Under the pieces are notes generated by a model. That model had not been told where the DNA came from. It was given only the letters and a program-made list of their open reading frames with translations, and did not search any database. Source: Planctomycetota bacterium (lineage in GTDB: Bacteria > Planctomycetota > Brocadiia > JAADGH01). From it: a stretch of 64,000 nucleotides of DNA. Below, piece after piece: positions 15,748 to 26,252 of this stretch. The position numbers and the translations under genes are program-made. The stretch lies in assembly GCA_040755855.1 (NCBI GenBank), contig JBFMAD010000004.1, positions 32,001-96,000 of the forward strand. The letters are read 5' to 3'. The first letter of the stretch is position 1, and the number at the start of each line of letters is the position of its first letter.

Positions 15748-15790
15748 GAAATCTCGCAAGGAAACACACGGGTATGGCAAAATGTTAAAT

Positions 15791-15827
15791 CCTACATTAT
15801 TGTAGGGCCATCCGTACCGAAAGTCAA
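15791..15827 (-). promoter_or_regulatory. sigma70 promoter of the activator, overlapped by a perfect palindrome
   Basis: Minus-strand TTGACT-N17-TACAAT (15827-15799). CCTACATTATTGTAGG (15791-15806) covers the -10 box. Confidence 0.75.
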
Positions 15828-15928
15828 AAGGAATTTTGTCGCCCTCCACAGCCCTTGAACCGGGGAGGCAAAGATGATACAAAATGCGCCCAGCTACGTG
15901 ACCCGGCAGATTCAGAAGGAGCGAGGAT

Positions 15929-16576
15929 ATGGAGAAGATCAAGACATTGTGTCTCTACGGCGGAAAGATTCACGACTTCAAGGCCTGCGGCGCGGGGATC
16001 ACGGCCGCGTTGAAGGCGTGCCCCGAGTTCGACCTGACCATCGTCGAGGACAATCTCGATGCGCTGGTCGCGCCCAAGCTCGATCCGTACGATCTCATCG
16101 TTTTTTATTACACCATTGGCGATATCAACGACGCGCAAAAGAACGGCCTGCTGAACTGGGTGGCCTCCGGCAAGGGGTACGTCGGCATCCATTCGGCGGC
16201 GGACTCCTTCCGCGGCTGCCCCGAGTACCGGGCGATGGTTGGCGGGTATTTCCTAACCCACCCCAAGTATCGGCAGTATCAGGTGAGCGTGGTTGATCCG
16301 CAGCACCCCATCACGAAAGACCTCGTCGAGTTCATGGTCACCGACGAGCAATACATCGTATCGTATGACAAGCGCAACCACATTCTGGCCACGGCGCTGC
16401 ACAAGGGCGAGGCCGTCCCCGTGGCCTGGACGAAGGAGTGGGGCACGGGTCGCGTATTCTGGCTGGCCCTCGGCCACAACGGCGACTCGTGCAAGGACCC
16501 AAACTTCGCCCTGCTCCTGCAGCGCGGCGCCAAATGGGCGGCGACGCCTCCGCCGCAAAAGGAAGAGAAAAAGTAG
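15929..16576 (+). CDS. ThuA-like (class I glutamine amidotransferase fold) protein
   Basis: [23 protein letters not shown] and [12 protein letters not shown] motifs. Confidence 0.85.
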   Translation: MEKIKTLCLYGGKIHDFKACGAGITAALKACPEFDLTIVEDNLDALVAPKLDPYDLIVFYYTIGDINDAQKNGLLNWVASGKGYVGIHSAADSFRGCPEYRAMVGGYFLTHPKYRQYQVSVVDPQHPITKDLVEFMVTDEQYIVSYDKRNHILATALHKGEAVPVAWTKEWGTGRVFWLALGHNGDSCKDPNFALLLQRGAKWAATPPPQKEEKK

Positions 16577-16700
16577 ACCGCCGATGTCTTTATCGACTTC
16601 CTCCGCAAGACATTTGATGGGGAAGTGATCGAGGAAAATCGATAGGAAGGGACGGGCTTCCGCAGTTCCGCAACCGCCATAGCAAATAGCTCGTGCGCGT

Positions 16701-16943
16701 TCATGCACGAGAGCCGGCCAGTAGTCTCTTCTCGACCCGTGGAGGCAGCTCTACGCGATGGAAGCGCTTTGACTCGAAGGCATAATCTTCGCCGCTCTCG
16801 TCAACGACTCGGACGTAACCGTGCGCTTCCGCTTCTTCATCGGGAATCAGGCGGTAGAGTTTTCCAACTTCGAGAGAAGCTTCATAGCCCTCATTCGAGA
16901 GGCAGATGACAAAATGGGCCGTGCGGTTCTTCTTGCTCTTCAT
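16701..16943 (-). CDS. Small acidic conserved protein, putative immunity/antitoxin
   Basis: LEVGKLYR...YVRVVDESGEDYAF. The start overlaps the upstream stop (ATGA). Confidence 0.65.
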   Translation of the reverse strand: MKSKKNRTAHFVICLSNEGYEASLEVGKLYRLIPDEEAEAHGYVRVVDESGEDYAFESKRFHRVELPPRVEKRLLAGSRA

Positions 16944-17182
16944 CGCTCATCCAGAAATGGCAACTTCAACTTGAATTCCCTCTTGCCAATGCCGTGGGCT
17001 TCGTACCAATGCAACTCTGCAACGCGAATCTCGCCATCAATCAACCGTACGCGAGCGACTCCCTTCAGCTTGCGCCATCTGGCCTTTCCGTACTTTCGGT
17101 TCAGCCGGGCGCGCTCGCGAACGCCACGGCCGCTCGCAATTACCTCCACATCTCTCACTTCACCTACAATCTCGAAGTCCAT
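16940..17182 (-). CDS. Small basic conserved protein, putative toxin
   Basis: WRKLKG...AELHWYEAHGIG, translationally coupled to the downstream gene. Confidence 0.65.
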   Translation of the reverse strand: MDFEIVGEVRDVEVIASGRGVRERARLNRKYGKARWRKLKGVARVRLIDGEIRVAELHWYEAHGIGKREFKLKLPFLDER

Positions 17183-17273
17183 TGCGCCACTTGATTTCGC
17201 ACGCCGCCCAATGCGTCGGGATCTGTCCTGTTACCCGTGTCCGCCGGTATCACCCTCCGTCTCTTCTCCCTAA

Positions 17274-17302
17274 ATTGTACACTTCAACACAAGAGTTGTC
17301 AA
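17274..17302 (-). promoter_or_regulatory. sigma70 promoter for the small gene pair
   Basis: Minus-strand TTGACA-N17-TACAAT. Confidence 0.7.
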
Positions 17303-17418
17303 GTACGCCAGAAAGGAGGGCGCCACGGGTCGCTTGCAACCCGTGGCGGACACTGCGCTCCGATTCTTTTACGCCTTCTGAGCGCCTCTAGATCAACGGT
17401 CCTGGAACCGCCGAGACG

Positions 17419-18582
17419 CTACGCGGCGAATACCTGGTGCATGCGGTCGCAGTAGTATCGCACGTTGTCCCACTTGGCGTCGTCGGCGATGCGATGGTCC
17501 GGGCAGGGAATGTATCCGCCAAGGTCCACAAGGCGTCTCAACCGCTCGATCTCGACATCCACGGCGGAACGATCCTTGGCGAAGACCCTCTTGTCCATCC
17601 CCCCAACACCGCGAAGTTCCTTGCCGTAGCGTTGCCGCCACGGCGCGATGTCTGCGCCCCACGTGCCGACCTCGATGGGGAACATCGTGTTCACGCCGTT
17701 GTTGATCCATGTCGGGATCAAGGCGTCAATGCAACCGTCGCAGTCGAGCGAGACAACGTCTATGCCGTGTCGCCGCAGGAGATCGGTGATTCGCTTGTAG
17801 TGCGGCCCCACCTTCGCATCGAAGACTTTGGGCGAGATCAGCGGGCCGTTTTTGAAACAGATGTCCTCCCAGAAATGGGCGAAGTCGAATTTCACCCCGG
17901 TCTCAAGGGCCGCCTTTGTGCATTCATACATCAGGTTGGCGTTCGTCTCTATGATTTCGTCGAGCAGTTTTTCATCATCCACAAGCAAGTAGCAGGACCC
18001 TTCAAGGGTGAGCCAGGTCCGGATGGTTCCGTAAAGACTCCCGCAGAAAAGCCCCAGGGGGTAGTCCCGATCGCCGCTCCGGAGGAACTCTGCGCCTCCG
18101 TTATCGAACGTCGCCATGGCGTCGCCGACGCGGACCTTCGCCTTCCGGATGCGGTCCTCGGAGAACCGGAGTTTCGGCAGATAGTGCTCCTCCCACGCCG
18201 CTCGGTCCTTCAGGATGTGATCCACATCGGGCCGAATTGATCCCGCCCCGGGCACGTCCAACACGACGACACCCTCGCCCGTCAATATCTTGCGCGAGCC
18301 GTCGGGCAACTGTTCGACCACTCGACTCTGAAACGGCGGGTGCAAAGGGCCGAGGGGCGAGAAGAGGACATGCCAGTTGATGTCGAAGCCGAGCTTCTTC
18401 ATGAGCGCCGCGTCCACCGGTGTGCCGTCGGCGTAAGCGCGGGCCGTTTCCGGGGTGATATGCCCCTCCGCCGCCCACTTGTCCAGCGTCTCGCGCAGAA
18501 AACCGAAATGCACGACCGGCACATAGTCGGCCGGCTTGTAGTGGAGGATGCGCATGGCGCATTCGCGATGGGTCATTGACAT
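17419..18582 (-). CDS. Uroporphyrinogen decarboxylase (URO-D)/methyltransferase-family protein
   Basis: WEDICFKNGPLISP, DCDG, GGMDK and GGYIPCPDH motifs. The likely start is MSMTHRE. Confidence 0.8.
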   Translation of the reverse strand: MSMTHRECAMRILHYKPADYVPVVHFGFLRETLDKWAAEGHITPETARAYADGTPVDAALMKKLGFDINWHVLFSPLGPLHPPFQSRVVEQLPDGSRKILTGEGVVVLDVPGAGSIRPDVDHILKDRAAWEEHYLPKLRFSEDRIRKAKVRVGDAMATFDNGGAEFLRSGDRDYPLGLFCGSLYGTIRTWLTLEGSCYLLVDDEKLLDEIIETNANLMYECTKAALETGVKFDFAHFWEDICFKNGPLISPKVFDAKVGPHYKRITDLLRRHGIDVVSLDCDGCIDALIPTWINNGVNTMFPIEVGTWGADIAPWRQRYGKELRGVGGMDKRVFAKDRSAVDVEIERLRRLVDLGGYIPCPDHRIADDAKWDNVRYYCDRMHQVFAA

Positions 18583-18622
18583 TTCCTGAATCCTTTCCTT
18601 CCGCGTTGAACAAAGACGGGGG

Positions 18623-18820
18623 CTACTTCTGAATCTTGACGGGTATGGCGCCGAAGCAATGCGAGCCGCCGACCTCTCTGATGTCAACCTCGATCTTTCC
18701 CTGCGCGTGGGCGATGGGCGAATCGGCCAGCTTCGAGATCGAGTAGCCAACATAGAAAAGCCCGGTGACCAGCGCGATAGAAACGATCTTCCAGAACAAG
18801 CTCTTCGAGAAATGCTCCAT
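18623..18820 (-). CDS. Small single-TM hypothetical protein
   Basis: ATG preceded by AGGGAG, one hydrophobic helix, and in-strand with its neighbours. Confidence 0.55.
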   Translation of the reverse strand: MEHFSKSLFWKIVSIALVTGLFYVGYSISKLADSPIAHAQGKIEVDIREVGGSHCFGAIPVKIQK

Positions 18821-18839
18821 GGCGAACGCTCCCTTCTGC

Positions 18840-19601
18840 TCAACTATGGTCTTTAAGCCACTTGACGGCCTTCTGAACTCGGGCGTAAACATCCGGCGGC
18901 CACGTGTGCCCGCCGGGATATGTCGAGAACTCGACGACGGCCTTGCTCTTGGTCAGGAGGTCCCTCGCGCTTTCGGCCAGGGAGAACGCACAGACCTTGT
19001 CGTCGGGCGAGTGCTCGATGTAGTAGGGGTACCCCTTCGCGCCGCGCAAGGGCGGCAGTTTCTCGGGAAAGAACACGGACATGACGATGTAGGAGCCGGT
19101 GATGGATTTCTTCTTCTGGAGCGACGCCGCATACGTCGCCGGCCCGGACGACGACCACGACATGGTGAACACGTGCCGAGGGTTTACCTTGTACGCCTTC
19201 TCGACGTCCTTGACGACGCCTTCGATGAACTGCTCGGTGGTGAACTTCATGTTCGGAAGGGGGTCCTTTTTCTGCGGCCAGATGATCTGCTGGTCGGCGT
19301 TCCACCGCACGCTCACCAATTGGGCAACGAGGTACTGCTCGCTCAATGCGTGCTTGTAGATGCGCTTGACGAAGGGATGGAAGTCCGCCGAGCCGTCGCC
19401 GCCGGGCAGGATGAGTAAAAGACTGAATCCCTGCTCGGGCGGCTTGGCGTCGTCTTTCGGATGGATCAGAAAGTAGGTCTTATTCGGATCGCCTCCGATC
19501 TTGATTTCCCTGGATAGGACATCGGCAACGTCGTCCTGGCCGAGACCCGTGCGAGCAAAGACAAGAACAGCCAGGGCAAAGACGAGACATAATCTGGCCA
19601 T
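18840..19601 (-). CDS. Secreted alpha/beta-hydrolase (phospholipase/esterase-like)
   Basis: Signal peptide, SWSSSG nucleophile elbow, HSPDD and YPGGH. Confidence 0.7.
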   Translation of the reverse strand: MARLCLVFALAVLVFARTGLGQDDVADVLSREIKIGGDPNKTYFLIHPKDDAKPPEQGFSLLLILPGGDGSADFHPFVKRIYKHALSEQYLVAQLVSVRWNADQQIIWPQKKDPLPNMKFTTEQFIEGVVKDVEKAYKVNPRHVFTMSWSSSGPATYAASLQKKKSITGSYIVMSVFFPEKLPPLRGAKGYPYYIEHSPDDKVCAFSLAESARDLLTKSKAVVEFSTYPGGHTWPPDVYARVQKAVKWLKDHS

Positions 19602-19638
19602 GACTTCCCTCCCCTGAGCGCGTCACCCTCTGTGCAAG

Positions 19639-21735
19639 CTACTTGCTCTCGACGGTGTATTCCTTCTCCTTGTTGGCGGAGATGTCGTCCCGGGTGAACC
19701 AGATCGGCTTGTATTTCATCTGTGAATAGAGGGCCGTCTGATCCGTATGGTGCGGCGAGGCGGGGTCGTTGCTCATGCCCATAGGAAAAAGGCTGAATGA
19801 TTTGGGCGGCTTCGACAACTCGACGGACATCATGTAGCTCGACCCCGACGAGCAGACCCACTTGCCATTCATGAAGTTGCTGGTGGCCATGAAGAGCGTC
19901 TGAGCGTCGCTGCCGCCTGTGCCGACGGGAAACGTCTTCCCCCCGCGCTCGATAACGTTATGCGGCCCCCACTTGACATCAATCCTGCCGTAGAGTTTCA
20001 CCACCCGATCAACGGCGCGCTCCATGGCCAGGATTTGGCTCTTCGCGCCCTTGGGCGCGCTGCCTCCGCGCAGCTCTAACTGCCACATTTTATAGAACAT
20101 CCAGGCCGTATTGTCGGCCGTCACGCAGCAGTCCCATTCCTTCAGGAGTTTGAGGGCCTGTTCCGCCTTGGGGCTGATCTTGACCGCGCGAATGGCAAAC
20201 GACTCGAGGAGACGATTCCTGGCGCGGGCGATTTGAATGGACTGGTTGTCGAAGGAGAGTTTCCTGAACGCCTCCAGGTCCAGGTTCTCCGCCTTCTCCA
20301 GGAGTTCGGTCGCCCGTTCGCCGCGCGATCCCGGCCCGCCGCGGTGGGGGCGCGCCACATAGGACGGGACTTTCTCCGTGTCAATATCGCAATCGGGCGC
20401 GACGGCCCCCGGCGGGTCGTTGCAGTTTTGCAGGAAGCCGCAATCGGGGTTCATGGCCTGTGGGAGGTCGTCAAAGGGAATAATCTCGCCCCAGTCCGTC
20501 TCCTTTGTCCAGCCCGGCACGGGAGCGTACCAGTCGTAACCTTCCGACTTGGACGGCGCGCGGGCGTTGTAGAGGTAGTAGATATTCCCCGCCGCATCGG
20601 CGCAGATGTAGTTGCCCGATGGGATGCCGAGGAGGCCCATCGCCTTCTTGAAGTCGGCGACGCCGGCCGCCGTGTTCATCCGGTATAACTGAGTTGCGAG
20701 GTCTATGTTGTCCATGTGCGACCATTTGGCGGCGTAGAGCTTCTCGTGGGTGTGGAGGAAGACTGGGCCGTGGTGCGTGGATTCGAGAGCGATCTCCTTT
20801 TGCCCTACCGTTCCGTCCTCTCGCAGGACGTTGAGTTTGATCGTTCGGACGGCGACGTCGCGCCAATTGCCATCGTACTCATACTGGCTGCGGTTTGCCG
20901 GATTCATTTTTTCAAAATACACATCTGCCAGGTCGGGTGAGTTAGCCGTCAGACCCCAGGCAATGCCCTCGTTATGTCCGATCTGGATGAATGGATGGCC
21001 GAAGGTGGTCGCGCCGACGACGTTGAGCGAGCCGCCGCAGAGATGAGCCTCGTACCACTGCATGGGGCCGAGGTAGGGCATATGCTGGTCTATCTGCAAC
21101 ATGGCATGGCCGGATTTCGTTTTCTTCTTGACAACGGCCCAGAGATTGCAGCCCTTCTCGGCCTGGTCCTTCTGGATGGGCTGCATGAGTCGGCGGCCCT
21201 CGGACAGGACAGCGCCGTAGCTTTCCATGGTGAGAAGATAGAGCGGATAGGCAAGGACGTCCTGGGCCGTGGGCGGCTTGGCCCAAGGGGGGACCTTTTC
21301 GGCATGGGTCTTCATATAGTGGGCAACGCCAGCGGCAAAGGCCGTCAGATAGTCTTTGACCTCCCGGGGGAGAGAGTCGTACTTTTCGGCCGCGGTTTCG
21401 GGGATGCGGAGGAGGTGGGTCTGCGTGTCGTTATCGAGAAACCCACGGCCAAAGACCTCCGCCTCGCGGCCGGCGGCCCTGATGTAGTTGCGCAGGATCG
21501 TGTCGAGTTGGTCCTCGGCCTGCGCATAGCCGAAGCCGAAGGCGACGTCACCCTCAGTCGCGCCGAAGATATGCGGCACACCGAACGTATCGCGGATAAT
21601 AGCGGCCTTGTAGCCGGCGTGGGCTGGGGAGGACAGCAGAAGCGCCAGCAAAAGGCACATCAGTCCGTACCTGGGACTCGGCTCCCCGGCGAACGCGCAT
21701 GGGATGCCCTGGCAGCGGCTATTCATCGTCCTCAT
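19639..21735 (-). CDS. Penicillin acylase family (S45) Ntn-hydrolase
   Basis: RDTFGVPHIFG, FGFGYAQAED, GCNLWAV, WYEAHL, IGHNE.IAWGLT and LQNCN motifs. The start may lie downstream. Confidence 0.88.
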   Translation of the reverse strand: MRTMNSRCQGIPCAFAGEPSPRYGLMCLLLALLLSSPAHAGYKAAIIRDTFGVPHIFGATEGDVAFGFGYAQAEDQLDTILRNYIRAAGREAEVFGRGFLDNDTQTHLLRIPETAAEKYDSLPREVKDYLTAFAAGVAHYMKTHAEKVPPWAKPPTAQDVLAYPLYLLTMESYGAVLSEGRRLMQPIQKDQAEKGCNLWAVVKKKTKSGHAMLQIDQHMPYLGPMQWYEAHLCGGSLNVVGATTFGHPFIQIGHNEGIAWGLTANSPDLADVYFEKMNPANRSQYEYDGNWRDVAVRTIKLNVLREDGTVGQKEIALESTHHGPVFLHTHEKLYAAKWSHMDNIDLATQLYRMNTAAGVADFKKAMGLLGIPSGNYICADAAGNIYYLYNARAPSKSEGYDWYAPVPGWTKETDWGEIIPFDDLPQAMNPDCGFLQNCNDPPGAVAPDCDIDTEKVPSYVARPHRGGPGSRGERATELLEKAENLDLEAFRKLSFDNQSIQIARARNRLLESFAIRAVKISPKAEQALKLLKEWDCCVTADNTAWMFYKMWQLELRGGSAPKGAKSQILAMERAVDRVVKLYGRIDVKWGPHNVIERGGKTFPVGTGGSDAQTLFMATSNFMNGKWVCSSGSSYMMSVELSKPPKSFSLFPMGMSNDPASPHHTDQTALYSQMKYKPIWFTRDDISANKEKEYTVESK

Positions 21736-22435
21736 CGAGGTAGAGCATCCGGCCGCAACTGTTGCAGAATACAGGCTTGTCGCTGGTCAGCAGGGAGGCA
21801 GTAGTCTGCGGGGTCAGGTTGATGAAGCATCCCTGGCAAACCTGGTTCCTGGCGCTGACGAGGGCCACTCCGTCGCGGCGGTTCAGGAGTCGCTCATAGG
21901 GATCGAGATATGGCTGCTGTACCTGCGCCCGAATCCCTTCCCGTTTCGCGGCCAGCTCTGCCTCTTCAACCTCGCGGCGTTTGATCTCTTCGCCGATTTC
22001 CTTTTCGGTCTCGGTCAGTTTCGCCTTCGCGGTATCGAGGCGTTTCTTCACTATTTCCAACTGCTTTTGCCGCGCTTCCGCCTCGGTCATCATCTCGAGA
22101 ATCTCGTCCTCCAGCCTGGAGATGTCGGCCTCGACGCCGGCGATCTCGCTCTGGATGGCGGCGTATTCCTTGTTGGTCTTAACCGTGTTGAGCTGCACCA
22201 GTAGCTTGGCCCTGGCGCCTTCCTTGCTCTTGAGATCGAGATTCTGCTGCATGTCAATCTTGCCCTGAAACTTTTCCGCTTCCCCTGCAATTTCCCGGAG
22301 CTCCTCGGAGCGTTGTTGCACGAGCACGCGCGCCGCCTCGGCCCGGGCCGGCGCTGCCTCCTGTTCTATCCTGATAGTCCGCAGTCGGGAGTCAATGTCC
22401 TGAAGTTGTCGAAGTAACTCAAGATCCTTGTTCAT
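21719..22435 (-). CDS. Coiled-coil C4 zinc-ribbon protein (DUF164/CT398-like)
   Basis: LQDID start, KTNKEY, CQGC...CNSCGRMLY. Confidence 0.85.
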   Translation of the reverse strand: MNKDLELLRQLQDIDSRLRTIRIEQEAAPARAEAARVLVQQRSEELREIAGEAEKFQGKIDMQQNLDLKSKEGARAKLLVQLNTVKTNKEYAAIQSEIAGVEADISRLEDEILEMMTEAEARQKQLEIVKKRLDTAKAKLTETEKEIGEEIKRREVEEAELAAKREGIRAQVQQPYLDPYERLLNRRDGVALVSARNQVCQGCFINLTPQTTASLLTSDKPVFCNSCGRMLYLDEDDE

Positions 22436-22500
22436 GTCCGGCTTCCATACGATAAATCATTCTTGTCCGATCTTACACAATTCGGGCCATAGTTCAAGAA

Positions 22501-22535
22501 GAAAAAAAAGCCCGCACCTCGCGGGAGGTGCGGGC
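22501..22535 (-). terminator. Rho-independent terminator after rpoD
   Basis: GCCCGCACCTC-N4-GAGGTGCGGGC 11-bp stem followed by a T-run on the minus strand. Confidence 0.85.
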
Positions 22536-22560
22536 CCATGCTCCGCAGGCGACGGCGGCC

Positions 22561-24234
22561 TCAGCTCCCGCTGTTGTTCTGATTCGCGGCGTCGAGGAAT
22601 CCTTCGAGCCTCCGGCTCCGGACAGGATGCTGCAGTTTGCGAACGGCCTTGGCCTCGATCTGCCGGACGCGCTCGCGCGTCACATTGAATATCCGCCCCA
22701 CTTCCTCAAGGGTATAGGTGTAGCCGTCGTTCAGGCCGTAGCGCAGCTTGATGATTTCGCGCTCGCGGTAGGTCAAGGTGTTCAAGACCGTGTGAATCTT
22801 CTCCTTGAGCATCTCCTGCGTGGCCGCGCTTACCGGCGACTCGGCCTGTTCGTCCTCGATGAAATCGCCGAAGTAGCTGTCCTCCCCTTCGCCGACGGGA
22901 CGATCCAGCGAGATGGGGCGCCGCGAGATCTTCATCACCCGCCGGCACTCCGCCACCGACAGCTTCGCCGCCTTGGCCACCTCCTCTATGGTCGGCTCGC
23001 GGCCCATTTCCTGGACCAGTTTCTTGGTGACGTTGCGCAGCTTGCTCATCGTCTCGATCATATGGACGGGAATGCGGATCGTCCGAGCCTGGTCGGCGAT
23101 GGCGCGGGTGATCGCCTGCCTAATCCACCACGTTGCGTAGGTGCTGAACTTGTAGCCGCGGCGGTATTCGTATTTGTCCACGGCCCGCATCAAGCCCGTG
23201 TTTCCCTCCTGAATCAGATCGAGGAACGACAGGCCGCGGTTGCGATACTTCTTGGCGATGCTGACCACGAGGCGGAGGTTCCCGCTGGAGAGCTTGCGCT
23301 TGGCCTCCTCATAGTCGCAGAAATGCCTCCGCATGATCTCGACCTTCTTCTTCAGCGTTTCGCTGTCCTCCATGACCAGTTCTTCCAGCGCGTGAAGCTC
23401 GCCCATGGAGCGACGAATCTCTCCATTGCGCGATTTGGACCTTCTCTTTCGAAGCGAGACGACGCGCCTCTCCAGTTCCTCCATGCGCTCCGAGACGCTG
23501 ACCAGGCGCTTCATCAACGGCTGCACGCGCTTCATGCGCAGGCACAGCTCCTCGAGAAGGATAACTCCCTTCTTTCGCCGCCTGCGGATCATGGTGCGCG
23601 CCCGCTCTTTTTGCCTTCGGGAAGTGCCCACCTGCGACAGGTGCTTATGGTCCTCCTTGTTGCGCGCCAACATCTTGCGCAGGGTGTCCAGGTTTCCGGG
23701 CAGGCGCCGCGCGACGTTGTCCTTCTCCGTATCCACGGTGACGTTCACGTCCAGTGTGCGGTCGAAGGGAAGCTGCCCCTGATGCACGTCGTCGAGAATC
23801 TTGAGACAGGCCCGAAGGGAGATGTCGGAATCCAGCACATGGCGGCGGAACTGCTTTCGCGTCACCTCGATCTTCCTCGCCAGACTGATTTCCTGCTCGC
23901 GGGTGAGGAGGGGGATTTCACCCATCTGGGTCAGGTACATCCGCACCGGATCGTCAATCCGGTCCGATGTCTCCCCGGTCAGGTCCCTGCCCTCCTCTTC
24001 CTCGTCAACCTCCTCCTCCTCATCCTCGCTGTCGGCCTTTTCGCGCTTCGCCACATCGGACTCGTCAATCAGGTCCACACCGAGTTCGTCCAGCATCATG
24101 AGGATTTCGTCAATCTTCTCGGGCGAAACCGCCTCATCGGGGAGGATATCGTTCATCTCCTCATACGTGAGGTAGCCCTTCTCCTTCCCTTTCTTGACGA
24201 GTTCTTTTATCCCCTTGTCAACGCTTGTGGCCAT
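22561..24234 (-). CDS. rpoD: Primary sigma factor sigma70
   Basis: Region 1.1 (KGYLTYEE), [31 protein letters not shown] and [10 protein letters not shown]. Confidence 0.96.
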   Translation of the reverse strand: MATSVDKGIKELVKKGKEKGYLTYEEMNDILPDEAVSPEKIDEILMMLDELGVDLIDESDVAKREKADSEDEEEEVDEEEEGRDLTGETSDRIDDPVRMYLTQMGEIPLLTREQEISLARKIEVTRKQFRRHVLDSDISLRACLKILDDVHQGQLPFDRTLDVNVTVDTEKDNVARRLPGNLDTLRKMLARNKEDHKHLSQVGTSRRQKERARTMIRRRRKKGVILLEELCLRMKRVQPLMKRLVSVSERMEELERRVVSLRKRRSKSRNGEIRRSMGELHALEELVMEDSETLKKKVEIMRRHFCDYEEAKRKLSSGNLRLVVSIAKKYRNRGLSFLDLIQEGNTGLMRAVDKYEYRRGYKFSTYATWWIRQAITRAIADQARTIRIPVHMIETMSKLRNVTKKLVQEMGREPTIEEVAKAAKLSVAECRRVMKISRRPISLDRPVGEGEDSYFGDFIEDEQAESPVSAATQEMLKEKIHTVLNTLTYREREIIKLRYGLNDGYTYTLEEVGRIFNVTRERVRQIEAKAVRKLQHPVRSRRLEGFLDAANQNNSGS

Positions 24235-24285
24235 CCGGCAACGCCTCCAAGGTATCCTGTGTCATCATTTCCATACCATACAACT

Positions 24286-26082
24286 TCACAGCGCGGCGAG
24301 CTCCTTGACCGCCTTGCTGTAGCAATCCAACCATCTCTTGTACTCGGCTTCCTGTCCGGCCTGCCGCGCCTTAAGCATTTCGGCCTTCGCCCCGTCGCGC
24401 TCCTGCTTCAGGCGTTCCTTCCTCAGAAAGACAAGCGCCCCTTGCAGTTGGGATCGGTAGTCAAAGCCTTCCTGCTGCCTCCCAATTACGGACTCAATCA
24501 TCGGCCGGGCCGAGACATCCACCTTCCCCAGCAACTCCGCCTCCCCCACCGCACCGGAGGCGTCGAACAAGTCGAATATCGCCTCTGCGGCGCGCCGCGG
24601 GGCCACACCCGTCAGCAGTCCTATTATCTCCTCCCGGTTCACCCCCCCGATCAGATCATTCTCCAGGAGAAGGCTCTCAATGATCTGCCGCTCGGCCTTG
24701 GCCCGGGCGGCCTCATCCCCATTATTAGACGTATTTTCGGGCCTTGCAGTTTGCCTCGAAGCGCCTTTTCTGAGCCGAGCCAAGCGCTCATACAGGGTCT
24801 GTTCGAGTTGCCGCTGCCGTCCGCTCATGGACTCCGCCTTCTCGGCCAGTTCCTTCACGAACAGGCTGGCTAAGTTCGGATTGGCGCAATGAGCGATTGT
24901 TTCGAGAATATCATCAATTGCCCGGCTCTTCTCCGCCGGCCGAAGCTCCTGCCCTTCGGGAAAGGCCGTGTCCAACTTGTAGCGAATCAGTTCCTTGGCA
25001 TTCGCCAACGCCGTCGCAAAGGCATCCGCGCCATGCTCCAGGATGAAGTCGCAGGGGTCCTTTCCCGCCGGCAGCGTGGCGATTTTCACCTCCGCCTCTT
25101 CCTGCAAGAACACATCCAGGCTCCGGTCCGACGCCTTCTGCCCGGCTGTGTCCGTATCGAACACCAGAACCACCTCGTCGGCCAGGCGGCGGAGCGTCCG
25201 CACATGCTCCCTCGTCAGGGCCGTGCCGAGCACGGCGACGGTCCATTCCACCCCGTGCTGATGGGCCATGATGACGTCGGTATACCCCTCGAAGATGGCC
25301 ACCCTCCGATGCTCCTGGATCGCCTTCTTCGCCACATCCAGCGCGTAGAGGGTGCGGCTCTTGCTGAAGACCATCGTCTCCGGCGAGTTGACGTACTTCG
25401 GCAGCGAGTCGTCCAGGACCCGCCCCCCGAAGCCGATGACGCGGCCCTGCGCGTCGGCAATCGGAAACATCAACCTGCCCCGAAAGCGATCATAATACCC
25501 CTCCTGCTCCGTCCGGCGGATGACGAGGCCCGCGCGATCCAGGTCGCGCACGGCCACGTTCCTCTTCTTGGCCTCGTCGAGCAACCCATCCCAGCCCGCC
25601 GGAGCGCAGCCGAGATTGAACTTCTCGATCATCTCGGCATTGATCCCGCGAGAGATCAGATACTCGCGCGCCCCTTTCGCCCCATCCCCATCGAGCAGAT
25701 AGCGGTGATACAGCCCCGCCGCCCAGCGGTTTGCGTCATAGATCGCCTTCTTCTCATCCGCGCGGCCCGGATCCTTTGACGTCCCTCTATGGATCTCGAT
25801 GCCGGCGCGCTCCGCGAGCATCTGCAGGGCCTCTCGAAAGCCCACACGCTCCTGCTTCATCACGAAGGAAAAGCAATCCCCCCCCTCCCCGCAGCCGAAA
25901 CACTTCCATATCTGCTTTTGCGGGGTAACGATGAAGGAGGGGGTATTCTCCTCGTGGAAGGGGCAACGGGCCTTAAACCGCGATCCCGAACGCTGCAGCG
26001 GCACGTATTCGGAGATGAGACGAACCAAGTCCGTCGCGTTCCGAACCTGCTCGACGGCATCGTCGGCTGAAAAACGGACCAA
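24286..26082 (-). CDS. dnaG: DNA primase
   Basis: CPFHEENTPSF zinc finger, FGGR, KYVNSPET, EGYTDV and FDTD.AG TOPRIM motifs. The likely start is TTG 26082. Confidence 0.95.
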   Translation of the reverse strand: MVRFSADDAVEQVRNATDLVRLISEYVPLQRSGSRFKARCPFHEENTPSFIVTPQKQIWKCFGCGEGGDCFSFVMKQERVGFREALQMLAERAGIEIHRGTSKDPGRADEKKAIYDANRWAAGLYHRYLLDGDGAKGAREYLISRGINAEMIEKFNLGCAPAGWDGLLDEAKKRNVAVRDLDRAGLVIRRTEQEGYYDRFRGRLMFPIADAQGRVIGFGGRVLDDSLPKYVNSPETMVFSKSRTLYALDVAKKAIQEHRRVAIFEGYTDVIMAHQHGVEWTVAVLGTALTREHVRTLRRLADEVVLVFDTDTAGQKASDRSLDVFLQEEAEVKIATLPAGKDPCDFILEHGADAFATALANAKELIRYKLDTAFPEGQELRPAEKSRAIDDILETIAHCANPNLASLFVKELAEKAESMSGRQRQLEQTLYERLARLRKGASRQTARPENTSNNGDEAARAKAERQIIESLLLENDLIGGVNREEIIGLLTGVAPRRAAEAIFDLFDASGAVGEAELLGKVDVSARPMIESVIGRQQEGFDYRSQLQGALVFLRKERLKQERDGAKAEMLKARQAGQEAEYKRWLDCYSKAVKELAAL

Positions 26083-26224
26083 TACGCCTCTCCCGCGCCT
26101 GCTATCGCGCCATGCCCTTGAATGGGCCTCTATAATACAATAGCCGACCTCGGCCAAAGCCCCCAAACGCACCCCTTTGGCTGATGTCGGCCCTATTCCT
26201 TCCTACGATATTCATAACCAAGAT

Positions 26225-26252
26225 AGTATAACACATATTTTTGATTTGTCAA
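26225..26252 (-). promoter_or_regulatory. sigma70 promoter upstream of dnaG-rpoD
   Basis: Minus-strand TTGACA-N16-TATACT with an extended TG. Confidence 0.65.
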
